Positions 28,611-37,517 of a stretch of 64,000 bases of DNA are shown here, piece by piece. Location: positions 32,001-96,000 of the forward strand of contig JBIOXB010000230.1 in assembly GCA_044869275.1 (NCBI GenBank), read 5' to 3'. Origin of the DNA: a bacterium. GTDB taxonomy: Bacteria; Zhuqueibacterota; Zhuqueibacteria; Zhuqueibacterales; Zhuqueibacteraceae. Every line of letters begins with the position of its first letter. Position 1 is the first letter of the stretch. The notes below the pieces were generated by a model, which saw only the letters and a list, made by a program, of their open reading frames with translations, did not search any database and was not told the DNA's origin. Made by a program: the position numbers and the translations under genes.

Positions 28611-29865
28611 GTCGGAATTTTTCCTTGGCTCCATGCAGGAGCGAATCGTAGATTTCATTGATGGCAATCGCGTCGTCCCGAAACTTGCGATAAACCGCCT
28701 GGCGCGCTGCGACGCCCATGCGCCGGCGTTCGGGCGCATCCTGCAATAACTCGCCCAGGCGCCGCGCGATACTCGCGGAATCACGCGGATCCACCAAAAT
28801 GCCCGTAACCCCGTCGTCAATTTGCTCCACCACTCCGCCGCGACCGCTTGCGACCACGGTTTTTTCCATGGCCATGCCTTGCAACACCACGCCGGGAAAC
28901 GGATCGTCAAAAACTGCCAACTGCAACATCACTTCGAAGATCGCAATTAAGGCCGGTACATCAGAACGAAACCCGGTCATGATCAGGCGCGGAGACAAAC
29001 CCAGCTCGCCAGCCAATTTTTTGATGAATCGTGCATAGGGCTCATGGCCCGGCACCAGCCCGCCGACGATCATAAACTTGCACTGCGGCTGCGTTTCCAA
29101 TAGCCGGGCACAGGCGCGCAAAAAGAACTCATGGCCTTTCAAGCGCACGAGCTTGCCCACCATGCCGACCACACATTCGTTTTCTTGAATGCCCAAGGAA
29201 GCGCGCAGCGCCCCCCGCGCCGCCGGTGGATATTTTTCCGGGTCAAAAATCTCCGGATCCGGCGGACTGTCATAAACCACGGCGACTTTTTGCTGGGCGG
29301 GACCCAACATTTTGCGCGCGGTGGCTTGCGACACCGCCAAAATGCGCGCCGCCAGTGTACGCATCAGCCAAAGAAAAGGGCTGACGGCAAGCCGCGGCCG
29401 CACCGTGCGCAGATGCCAGACGACTTTGCATCCCGCCAGCCAGCCGGCAATCGCGCCGTGAAAATCGAGCAAATCATTGGCGTGCACGAGGTCCACCGGA
29501 TGCCGGCGCAACCACCGATACAGCGCGGCGATGCCGTGTGCGCTGTCATACAGGTACTTCGCGTAATAATAAGGATTGCGCCGTTTCGACAGCTTGTAAG
29601 CGCTGGCAGCAAAATGAACGCCGGCCAAAGCCGCGCGTGCGGTGGAAAATTTTTCCATCTCGCCGCGATCGCGCGCCGGCAGTGCGAGAAAAATCTGTTT
29701 GCCGTTCAAACGCGCCAGGGCCTGCGCGGTGCGCACCATGCAATGTGTCGCGCCGCTCTGGCCGGAAAAGCTGGAAGTGTAAAACAGAATACGGGGCTGT
29801 TTCTGCACGCCGGCCTCAGATGTCTGTGGCTCTGCCATATCCATTGCACATTCGTTCCTGGTCAA
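28603..29865 (-). CDS. Glycosyltransferase family 4
   Basis: VHAN, VVWH, VGK...KG, GFRSD, P...QGMAM, G..E...DG.TG. Confidence 0.88.
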   Translation of the reverse strand: MTRNECAMDMAEPQTSEAGVQKQPRILFYTSSFSGQSGATHCMVRTAQALARLNGKQIFLALPARDRGEMEKFSTARAALAGVHFAASAYKLSKRRNPYYYAKYLYDSAHGIAALYRWLRRHPVDLVHANDLLDFHGAIAGWLAGCKVVWHLRTVRPRLAVSPFLWLMRTLAARILAVSQATARKMLGPAQQKVAVVYDSPPDPEIFDPEKYPPAARGALRASLGIQENECVVGMVGKLVRLKGHEFFLRACARLLETQPQCKFMIVGGLVPGHEPYARFIKKLAGELGLSPRLIMTGFRSDVPALIAIFEVMLQLAVFDDPFPGVVLQGMAMEKTVVASGRGGVVEQIDDGVTGILVDPRDSASIARRLGELLQDAPERRRMGVAARQAVYRKFRDDAIAINEIYDSLLHGAKEKFRHE

Positions 29866-29890
29866 AAGCCCTCCGAGGCATAGTGTGAAA

Positions 29891-29964
29891 AAAACTCAAA
29901 GCCCTAAGCTCAAAATTCAAAGCAACATTCGGATTTTGTGCTTTGAATTTTGAGTTTTGAATTC
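29891..29964. repeat. Heptamer-based (TCAAAA[T/C]) short tandem repeat forming an inverted repeat
   Basis: CTCAAAATTCAAAGCA ... TGCTTTGAATTTTGAG; related tandem units at about 7796-7825. Confidence 0.6.
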
Positions 29965-29992
29965 TGGGCTTCCGGCTCGCACGGGTGCCCTT

Positions 29993-30985
29993 TCACCCCA
30001 GATCATACTGTAATTGCTCCGCCAGTCCGGCCACCATATTTTCGATGTGCTTCATTTGCGTCGCGCTGAATTGTTTTTTGAATTTGAAATTGCGGTTCTC
30101 GAGCTTGAAGCTATCGAGGAAACGATTAAAACTGTTCGTCCACGGCAACCCGCAAAATTCCAACATGCGTGCCAAAACCCGGTCCGGTGTCTGCATGAAT
30201 TCTTCGTAACGCACTTCCAAATATCGCTGCTCGCCCAGCATGGCTCCTGCTGCCAAAGCTTGCTGCACTTCCGCGCGCCATAGCTCCGCCGCCAGGAGCA
30301 CGGGATCGCCGCCTTGCGCTGCCCATTGCTTGGGCGTGAGATTCCCCGCACACCACACGCGCAAATCCGGCCACCACGGCACATGCAAGAACGACGCGAT
30401 CGCCGCACGCGGATCTCGAATGACGTGAATGAACAAAGCGTCGCCGAACAATTCATTCAAATAACGCAGGCGCCGGGTATTGCGCGTGTTTTTGTTGAGA
30501 AAGCGCGTCTTGCGCTGATAAAACATAGCGCGTTGCACGGCGAGGCGCGCGCGCGCGCGCTCCGCCGGTGTAACATCGCTTTCCTGCAGAGGCGGATCGC
30601 AGGGGCTGTCGTGCACGGGCCGGATCCAATCCCACACGGCATATGCTTCCGAGGGCATGGGCAGGCCTTTGCCACGCCAGGATTTCAAGGCGGTGTAGCG
30701 GTAGAAACGCGAGAGCGCGGCCAGAGGGAAAGATGCCGGCCATCTTTGATTGTAATTCGAAAACCACGACAACTCCGGATGGCCGCACAGCATGTGATAA
30801 AGAATGGTCGTGCCGGAACGGCCGCTGCCCACGATAAAGATCGGACGCCGCAGATTTGCAGCGCCGCGTTGTTGTACTCCGGGGGTAGATACCGGAGGCG
30901 CATCGCTGAGGTGCGGAGTCGAAGACTCCATTTCAAATGACCATGCCATATTGTCTCTCAAGCCAGCATTTCTGCTCGTCCACAA
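29993..30985 (-). CDS. Sulfotransferase
   Basis: PIFIVGSGRSGTT (5'-PSB), HVIRDPR...S (3'-PB), VRYEE. True start may be 30931-30949. Confidence 0.88.
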   Translation of the reverse strand: MWTSRNAGLRDNMAWSFEMESSTPHLSDAPPVSTPGVQQRGAANLRRPIFIVGSGRSGTTILYHMLCGHPELSWFSNYNQRWPASFPLAALSRFYRYTALKSWRGKGLPMPSEAYAVWDWIRPVHDSPCDPPLQESDVTPAERARARLAVQRAMFYQRKTRFLNKNTRNTRRLRYLNELFGDALFIHVIRDPRAAIASFLHVPWWPDLRVWCAGNLTPKQWAAQGGDPVLLAAELWRAEVQQALAAGAMLGEQRYLEVRYEEFMQTPDRVLARMLEFCGLPWTNSFNRFLDSFKLENRNFKFKKQFSATQMKHIENMVAGLAEQLQYDLG

Positions 30986-31020
30986 GTTGCACTCGTGGAG
31001 GCACAGTTGAATTGTGTGTC

Positions 31021-32451
31021 TTATTCCCGCGTCGAGCTCGCCGTCTGGGAGTAGCGCACTGGAACGAGATCAGGCCGTTGCCCTGAGCGGAGCGGGGCGG
31101 CGAGCGGGGAAATCTCATCACGCGCCGGCGCCGTGGCCTTTGCGGGCTGCAAACGGCGCATCATCGTGCGGCTCAGTCCCAGGGCCGCGCCGATCAACGT
31201 CATAATCAACGGAAACTCGGATTCGTGAAACATGCCGACGTACCAGAACATCGCAAAATACAAGCTCGTGAAGCAGGCCAGGAAGGCAATGGCGAAATTG
31301 CCGCTCACGCGGAACTTTTCCGCACCTCCCGCGCGCAAGACGCGCACAATCTGCCGCAACGGCCACCACAGCAGCAGCACGAACAAAAATGCGCCAAACA
31401 AGCCATTTTCCGTGGCTACGATCAAATAGATGTTGTGCACGGTGGCCTGAAAGCGGTCCGGAATGAACGTATTGCTCGCGTGAATGATTTCATTCGAATT
31501 ACCCATCCCCACGCCCAGGTACGGATGCTTCTGCAACACGACAAAAGCGGCGTCCGTCAAATCGGAGCGCAGGTTTGAGCTGTGATCGTCAAAAATACGT
31601 ATGGTGCGCGCCCAGGCGGCTCTGCCAATAAGCTCGCTTCTCTCTTCGAAGAAGGTGAAGGCCAGGGCAACCAGCACCACCGGCGCGAGCAGGTAAGCCG
31701 CCCATTTGCGTTTGCGCATGGAGGTCGTGCGGTAGCGCGACTCGGCAAACAGCAAGGTGACGAACCCGATCGCAAAGGCCATCCAGCTCGCGCGCGACAA
31801 CGTCAGAATCAATGCGAGCAGACAGAAAAGCCACCAGAGCGCGTAGGAATTGCGCAGTTTTTGCCGGTGATTGGTCCAATTCGCCTGCACAAAGGGCATC
31901 AACATGATCAGCCAGTTGGCGAGAAAATTGGTGTGCACGAACGTTCCTTGCGCCCGCGTGACCACCTCGCCCTCGAAATTCCAGTTGGATTGATGCGTTT
32001 TCAAGACTCCGAAATATTGCTGCACCACGCCCACGCTGGATTGCGTGATGGTCTGTATCACCGCCAGCACCGGCTCCAGCACCAAACAGAATCCGATGGC
32101 CGTAAAGAACAACCGCTCAGAAATCCACACGCCGACATGATGGCGCATGTAAAAAATGATGAGATACGCGCGCACCCAATACAGAAGCCACTCCAGGCTG
32201 GCGGCGAAGTTCTTGCCGTGAAAAGCACAAATGCTGATCCAAATGAAGAACAGCAAAAACAGCAGATCAAAAAACTCGAAGCGCACGCGCATGCGGCGCA
32301 TACAAACGCGGGTGAAAAACGTTACATACATTGCTGCCAGCGGAAAATCGAACAAATAGATCTTGGCTTCGCCCACGACTTCCGTCGAAAGCGGCGCCAT
32401 GAGCGTGGCGAAAAAAAGCAGCAAAAGCGTCGTATCAAACTTCTTTTCCAT
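31021..32451 (-). CDS. O-antigen ligase/Wzy polymerase family membrane protein
   Basis: About 12 TM segments; RAQGTF.H.N, TLSRAS, P.LGVGMG, VHNIYL...ENG. Start at MEKKF. Confidence 0.85.
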   Translation of the reverse strand: MEKKFDTTLLLLFFATLMAPLSTEVVGEAKIYLFDFPLAAMYVTFFTRVCMRRMRVRFEFFDLLFLLFFIWISICAFHGKNFAASLEWLLYWVRAYLIIFYMRHHVGVWISERLFFTAIGFCLVLEPVLAVIQTITQSSVGVVQQYFGVLKTHQSNWNFEGEVVTRAQGTFVHTNFLANWLIMLMPFVQANWTNHRQKLRNSYALWWLFCLLALILTLSRASWMAFAIGFVTLLFAESRYRTTSMRKRKWAAYLLAPVVLVALAFTFFEERSELIGRAAWARTIRIFDDHSSNLRSDLTDAAFVVLQKHPYLGVGMGNSNEIIHASNTFIPDRFQATVHNIYLIVATENGLFGAFLFVLLLWWPLRQIVRVLRAGGAEKFRVSGNFAIAFLACFTSLYFAMFWYVGMFHESEFPLIMTLIGAALGLSRTMMRRLQPAKATAPARDEISPLAAPLRSGQRPDLVPVRYSQTASSTRE

Positions 32452-33676
32452 GTGCTCTTTCAGTGTGCAAACGGGACAGGAGCTGGTGATAATCATGTAT
32501 CGTGCGTCGCGCAATCGTCTCCCATGAAAGCTCGGTCTGCGCCCAGGCATAAGCTTCGCGGCCCATGGCACGGCGCTTGGCGTCATTTGCCAAGAGGCCA
32601 ACGATTTCCCGGGCGAACGCGTCGTCATCGCCGGCGTGAACCAAAACGCCGGTTTCTCCCTCCACGATGCTTTCACCAAGATCGCCCACCTCAAAGGCGA
32701 CAACGGGCTTGCCAAAGGCGTAGGCGAGCGGAATGACCCCACTCTGGCTCGCTTCCTCGTAAGGCAAAATAACCAATGCGCTCCGTCGCAGGAAATACTC
32801 GACTTCGTCGTCGCCAACATAGCGCTCATGAACCTCCACGCCCGGCGTCGATTTCAGCAGTTCCACGGCCGATCGGACCTTTTCAGCTTCCCTCCTGGCA
32901 GGCAGCTTTGTTCTCTTGCCCGCCACGATAAATCTTGCCGCCGGGAATAGCGCGTGCACCTTTCGCACGATGGCGGAAAGGCGATAAATGCCCTTGTTCG
33001 GGCGCAATTCACCAAAGAACAAAATGCTATTCTCCTCCTCCGTAACCGAAGTATGGCGTCTTTGATCGTAGATCGAGAAAATGCCGTGCCGATTGGTCGA
33101 TATCCTGTCCTTTTGTATTCCGGCGTCGAGCAGGGTTTGCCGGCATTTCTCTCCATGGACGATGAGATGATCGGCGCAGCGCCAGGCAATATGCCTGGTC
33201 AAAGTGGCGAAGGCACTCCCCATCCCTGCATGTGGCCGCGGGTCGTGCTCGGTGATCATCAACGGCCAGCGGCGCCGCAGGAGCGGCCAGAGTCCGGCGC
33301 TCCATTTGCATGCATTGCCGGAGGTGTCGTGCACCAAATCCGGATTGTCATGCTTCACCAGACGAAGGATACGGCGGTAAGCCAGCGGATTGGGCATTGG
33401 GCCAATTTTGTCCTTCTCGATGATTTCCACTTTCAACCGCGGATCAAATCGAAACCCTTCCATGTCTTTTGAAATGATCACCAGAGTAGGCAAACACTGG
33501 CCGATGGCATTCGCCAGCAAACAGCCATAATAAGCGACGCCACCCCATTGGTGTAGTGCCAGTATCGCCGCCCGGACGTGCTCTTGCGGCGGGCGCAGTG
33601 GTGCGGAAACCGCCGGCCTTTGCACAACCGTTTCATTCATCACCGCCGCCGGAATGTTGCTGCTTTGGTTTGCCAT
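32435..33676 (-). CDS. Glycosyltransferase family 4
   Basis: HD...H, LFFG..RPNKG, LPY..ASQSGV, G.P. Confidence 0.88.
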   Translation of the reverse strand: MANQSSNIPAAVMNETVVQRPAVSAPLRPPQEHVRAAILALHQWGGVAYYGCLLANAIGQCLPTLVIISKDMEGFRFDPRLKVEIIEKDKIGPMPNPLAYRRILRLVKHDNPDLVHDTSGNACKWSAGLWPLLRRRWPLMITEHDPRPHAGMGSAFATLTRHIAWRCADHLIVHGEKCRQTLLDAGIQKDRISTNRHGIFSIYDQRRHTSVTEEENSILFFGELRPNKGIYRLSAIVRKVHALFPAARFIVAGKRTKLPARREAEKVRSAVELLKSTPGVEVHERYVGDDEVEYFLRRSALVILPYEEASQSGVIPLAYAFGKPVVAFEVGDLGESIVEGETGVLVHAGDDDAFAREIVGLLANDAKRRAMGREAYAWAQTELSWETIARRTIHDYHQLLSRLHTERAHGKEV

Positions 33677-33681
33677 GCTGC

Positions 33682-34800
33682 TTATTTTTCTCCCAGCAAA
33701 GCCACACTGCTGCCCAAGCCACGCAGCCCTGGAACGGCAGAAGAAAATGAATCATCCAGGTGGTTGAGCCACCAGACCGTTGACATTCGACTTGCAATCC
33801 CCAGCTTCGAGAGCGCCAGCAAAGGATAACGCGTCAAGGCGCCATGATGCACGACCTGGGCGCGACGGAAAGATTGGCGCAGCGGCTGGACGCGCACCTC
33901 GGTCATGGGCCGGCAATAAACGTTTTTTTCGCGCTTGCCAAAAACTTTCGTGCCGATCCTCCACAAGGGCGTGCGCCATGGATCCAATGCTCCGAATTTT
34001 CCGCCGGCCCGCAAGACCCGTACTATCTCCGGAAACGCCAGCGCCGTGACGGTGTGATGCATGCATGAGCCGGAATACACGACATCGAACGATTCGGCGG
34101 TAAAGGGGAGCTCTTCAGCAACAGCGACAACGCTGCGCAGGCGATTCCCCAGGCCCGCTGCCCGCGCCAAAGCAAGCGCGCACTGTGCTTCACCCAGCAT
34201 CGGTGTCGCCACCCAGGCTTCTGCCGCGCCCGCGAGCAGGAACTTGGCGGCGTGTATGCCTTTTCCCCCAAGCTGCAGGACACGCTTGCCCGGCATGGGC
34301 GCAACGTGCGCATAGGCATCCCATTGCGCCGCACAATCATAGGTTGCGTCCAACCAAACGTGGCGTGGATGGGGAAACGAGGCAAGCTCCTGCGCGGAAG
34401 CGTGCATCACCGGCTCGACACATTTGTAAGTCTGTGAGACTTTTATGTTCTCGACCTCACGCGTGGCCACCTCGTTGTAATGCGTCATTTCCTCGTAAGC
34501 CTCGGCATACTTCGGATCCGACAAATCAAAACTGCCAGGCTCTGCAGCAGCGGTCAACCTCTCGGGTACCATAAGGATGGGAATACCTTCAACGATGGGA
34601 TATGCGCACATGCGGTCTTCACGCAGGAGCACCAAGGGAGTTGAGCCGAAAGGTTTTGCTCCCGCAGAAGCGCGAGGGGCGAAATGAGCTCCGCCCGGCA
34701 GCATGCGCTCCGCTTCTTTCAGCGGATGGGAAACGACTTTTTGCTTGGTCTCCGGGCAGGCGAGAATTTCAAAGCCTTCCCAACGTTGTGGTGCGTGCAT
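33682..34800 (-). CDS. Class I SAM-dependent methyltransferase with an N-terminal Trm112-like segment
   Basis: ILACP...YPIVEGIPIL (Trm112-like); VLQLGGKG, AEELPF...SFDVV, HH, RVLR.GG. Confidence 0.75.
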   Translation of the reverse strand: MHAPQRWEGFEILACPETKQKVVSHPLKEAERMLPGGAHFAPRASAGAKPFGSTPLVLLREDRMCAYPIVEGIPILMVPERLTAAAEPGSFDLSDPKYAEAYEEMTHYNEVATREVENIKVSQTYKCVEPVMHASAQELASFPHPRHVWLDATYDCAAQWDAYAHVAPMPGKRVLQLGGKGIHAAKFLLAGAAEAWVATPMLGEAQCALALARAAGLGNRLRSVVAVAEELPFTAESFDVVYSGSCMHHTVTALAFPEIVRVLRAGGKFGALDPWRTPLWRIGTKVFGKREKNVYCRPMTEVRVQPLRQSFRRAQVVHHGALTRYPLLALSKLGIASRMSTVWWLNHLDDSFSSAVPGLRGLGSSVALLGEK

Positions 34801-34830
34801 AAATTATTGGTACCGTTTCTGGCAAAGTGA

Positions 34831-35104
34831 GTAGTACGCTGTCATCTGAATTCATGCAACCACTTGACTATGTCATTCAGAAGGAATCAGCCTGTGTGAA
34901 AACTTGAGAATGCCGCACCCTGAGCTTGTCGAAGGGAGCTTGTCGAAGGGTGCTAAGCTCAATAATCCGGCTTCGACCAGCTCAGCCGGCGTTGAAACCA
35001 AGCGTTTTCACACAGTATGAATCTTGTGCAGCATAAGCACAGTGCTTGATTCAACCAAGATCCCGCAACGGCGGGATGACACCACTGAAGGTATGGCAAT
35101 TAAT
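34831..35104. mobile_element. Second, inverted and degenerate copy of element A, interrupted by element B
   Basis: Matches the reverse complement of 12200-12348 on both sides of the insertion (TTGACTATGTCATTCAGAAGGAAT | TGTGCAGCATAA.CACAGTGCTTGATTCAACCAAGAT). Confidence 0.8.
34888..35019. mobile_element. MITE-like element B copy (132 bp), 3-bp target duplication AAT
   Basis: AAT|CAGCCTGTGTGAAAAC...GTTTTCACACAGTATG|AAT; matches the 22143 copy plus a 14-nt tandem duplication GAGCTTGTCGAAGG. Confidence 0.85.
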
Positions 35105-35181
35105 GAAGATGCTGTGCCATGCTGCTTTGCGTGCACTCCCCGTGTTCAAGCGGAAGTGATGAAGACCAATTTTCATTGCGC

Positions 35182-36804
35182 TCACACATATCCCAACATT
35201 TGCAGGCGGCGCTCGATCTCATTTTGTTCTTCGGTGGAAAGCCGCACTTCTTCGGGCACCGCAGTGGCAGCGCCGTCGTATGTAATTTTTTTCGAGAAGC
35301 CGGCCTTGAACCATGCGCTGGCGACGCGGCCGTCGCAGTATTCCGGCACCGGCAGCCCCATCCAATGCAACAGCGTGGGCATCACGTCTTGCAAACCGGC
35401 TTCCGGCCCTTGACACAATTCCGACCGTTGCACGCCGGCACCATTCACGACGAAAATGCCTTCACTCGCGTGCGTGCCGGTATGAAAATCATTTTCCGCG
35501 ACCGGGTGCAACCAAAGGCGATCTTGGAAATAGGTTTTGGAAGCAAACGTGTAGCCGGGCGTGGGCTCGACCACGACGTCGGGCATGCGCTCGCAGGCCT
35601 CACCGTGATAGCATTGCTCACGGCGATGGATCTGCCGCACGACGGGCATCCCGTTTTCAGGATCTTTCCATGCCCGCAAGGCCTTTTCCAATTCCGCGAA
35701 ATCCTGCGCGGCGGCATGCGGACCGGCATAGAGATAGCCCCAAAAAGCGCTGACGGCGAAGTAACGCGAGCGCTGTTCATCGATACGCCCGGCGCGCACG
35801 GCTCGGCCCAACGCATGGCGTTGCGTTTTGGTGAGCATGTGGCCGCGCAGCTTCCACATATCCAGCTTGCGCACGAGCTCGACCCAGCGCCTCCAGGAGG
35901 TCCTTTTCATTTTCGCCGGGGTCAGGAAACTGTGAGCGTACAACCAGTGATTCAGCTCGGCACGTTTGGCATGACGCTGAAAACCGTGATCCGAAAGAAT
36001 AAGGATCAACGCATCTTCACCCAAGACTGCGCGCACTTTGGCGAACAGACGGCCCAGGCTTTCGTCCAGCGGCGCAAAAAAATGGCGTATGACTTCGGCG
36101 TGCAAATCCGGAAGAAAAGCAGGATGAGAGGCATCCAGATATTTCCACAAGGGATGCTGCAGGAAATCCACGCACTGCAGTTGCAGAAGGCTGAAATCCC
36201 ACTTTTCTTTCTCGAGCAGATACAGCATCGTCTCCACGCGCGTATCCAGAAAACGCCGCATCAGCCGCAAGAATTCGTTGACTTTGGCATGTACATGCGA
36301 ATCCTCCTCCTCCTCCTTGAGCAAAAGCCATTTTTCACCGAGATGCCGCTCGACTTCGCCGAGCAATTCGCGCGGGTGGGTGAAAACCGTATCCCGGCCG
36401 GGCGTCATTAGGCCGCTGACGAGCACGCCGTTGACCGCCGGCGGCGGATAAGTCACGGGCAAATCCACCACCGCCACCCGCTTACCGTGCTGGCTCAGCA
36501 ACTGCCAAAGTGTGGGCACGCGCAGGGAAGTGGCATTCACGTAAAACGCGCTCTGGGTTTGGCGATCGTAGCCTTGAAAATCAAATATGCCGTGCTTGCC
36601 GGGATTGCAACCGGTCATGAAAGTGCTCCACGCCGCGGGCGTAATCGGCGGAATGGTGGAATGCATCACGCCGCTGCAGCCCGCTTCCGCCAAAGCGGCC
36701 AGCTGAGGCATATGGCCGGCCTGCATCAAAGGCTGCAGAATGGACCACGTTCCGCCATCGAGGCCGAGGCAGAAAACGCGGCGGGGGTTTTCGTCATGAT
36801 TCAT
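35182..36804 (-). CDS. Alkaline phosphatase superfamily protein (NPP-like)
   Basis: GLDGGTW, STIPPITPAAW...TG.NPGKHG, D..QH, LSDHGF, GTH..G, DVMPT. Ends RRLQMLGYV. Confidence 0.87.
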   Translation of the reverse strand: MNHDENPRRVFCLGLDGGTWSILQPLMQAGHMPQLAALAEAGCSGVMHSTIPPITPAAWSTFMTGCNPGKHGIFDFQGYDRQTQSAFYVNATSLRVPTLWQLLSQHGKRVAVVDLPVTYPPPAVNGVLVSGLMTPGRDTVFTHPRELLGEVERHLGEKWLLLKEEEEDSHVHAKVNEFLRLMRRFLDTRVETMLYLLEKEKWDFSLLQLQCVDFLQHPLWKYLDASHPAFLPDLHAEVIRHFFAPLDESLGRLFAKVRAVLGEDALILILSDHGFQRHAKRAELNHWLYAHSFLTPAKMKRTSWRRWVELVRKLDMWKLRGHMLTKTQRHALGRAVRAGRIDEQRSRYFAVSAFWGYLYAGPHAAAQDFAELEKALRAWKDPENGMPVVRQIHRREQCYHGEACERMPDVVVEPTPGYTFASKTYFQDRLWLHPVAENDFHTGTHASEGIFVVNGAGVQRSELCQGPEAGLQDVMPTLLHWMGLPVPEYCDGRVASAWFKAGFSKKITYDGAATAVPEEVRLSTEEQNEIERRLQMLGYV

Positions 36805-36831
36805 GATTTGTTGGCAACGAGCACATGCCAT

Positions 36832-36990
36832 TTAGAAAAGTGTATAAATAAACGGCGCCAACGCCGAGCCTTGAGTCAGCACGATCAACAAGCCCAGCAT
36901 GAGCAGAACGAACATGATCGGTGCCAGCCACCATTTTTTGCGCACGCGCATGAAGCTCCAAAACTCGCCAATAATCGAGATTTTGCCCAT
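36832..36990 (-). CDS. 52-aa membrane protein, DUF5989/SxtK-like
   Basis: EFW.F...RKKWWLAP, one TM helix, GSALAPFIYTLF; AGGAG Shine-Dalgarno upstream. Confidence 0.85.
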   Translation of the reverse strand: MGKISIIGEFWSFMRVRKKWWLAPIMFVLLMLGLLIVLTQGSALAPFIYTLF

Positions 36991-37007
36991 CATATTCTCC
37001 TGATATA

Positions 37008-37424
37008 TCAGAACATATTTTCCGCAGAGCGCGGCTGAAAAGGCGTTGCCGGTCGTTTCACCCAATAGGTTGCAGCGCTTTTGTTCCAGCGCTCGCCAAG
37101 CAGATCCTTACCCAAAAGTTTTGCGATCACCGCAATCGGAGTAAACATGCCGATATAAAGAACCGTCAAAATCACTCGTGTCATAATGAACCCCATGACC
37201 ACGGCAAAAGACATCCACACTTTGTAAATCGGCTTAAGTAGAATGGGAAGCACCAATCCCAGAGCAGCGAAGCCGGCGCCGGCGTATGCCAAAGACAAAA
37301 AGCCTGGCCTTTGTTTCCACAAAAGGAGCCCGGCAATTGCCAGCAGAAAAGCTCCAATCGTCAAGCCAAACTTGCGCGCTTCTTTCGTCGTGGCTTTGAT
37401 GCTTTTAATTTCTTCGAGAACCAT
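37008..37424 (-). CDS. SxtJ-family membrane protein
   Basis: RKFG, P...W...A..MG....IL......TP......GKD.L, YW..R, ends NMF. Confidence 0.82.
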   Translation of the reverse strand: MVLEEIKSIKATTKEARKFGLTIGAFLLAIAGLLLWKQRPGFLSLAYAGAGFAALGLVLPILLKPIYKVWMSFAVVMGFIMTRVILTVLYIGMFTPIAVIAKLLGKDLLGERWNKSAATYWVKRPATPFQPRSAENMF

Positions 37425-37517
37425 GAGTCATTAATCCAGGGTTACAATTGGTTACACACTTATCGCCGCATGCCCGATACTCTCCAGCATCGAGGATCGA
37501 GCATCAAGCATCCGGCA

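Noticed and set aside
34915..34952. CRISPR-like direct repeat
   Set aside because: Only a 14-nt tandem duplication inside a MITE; no spacers and no cas genes.
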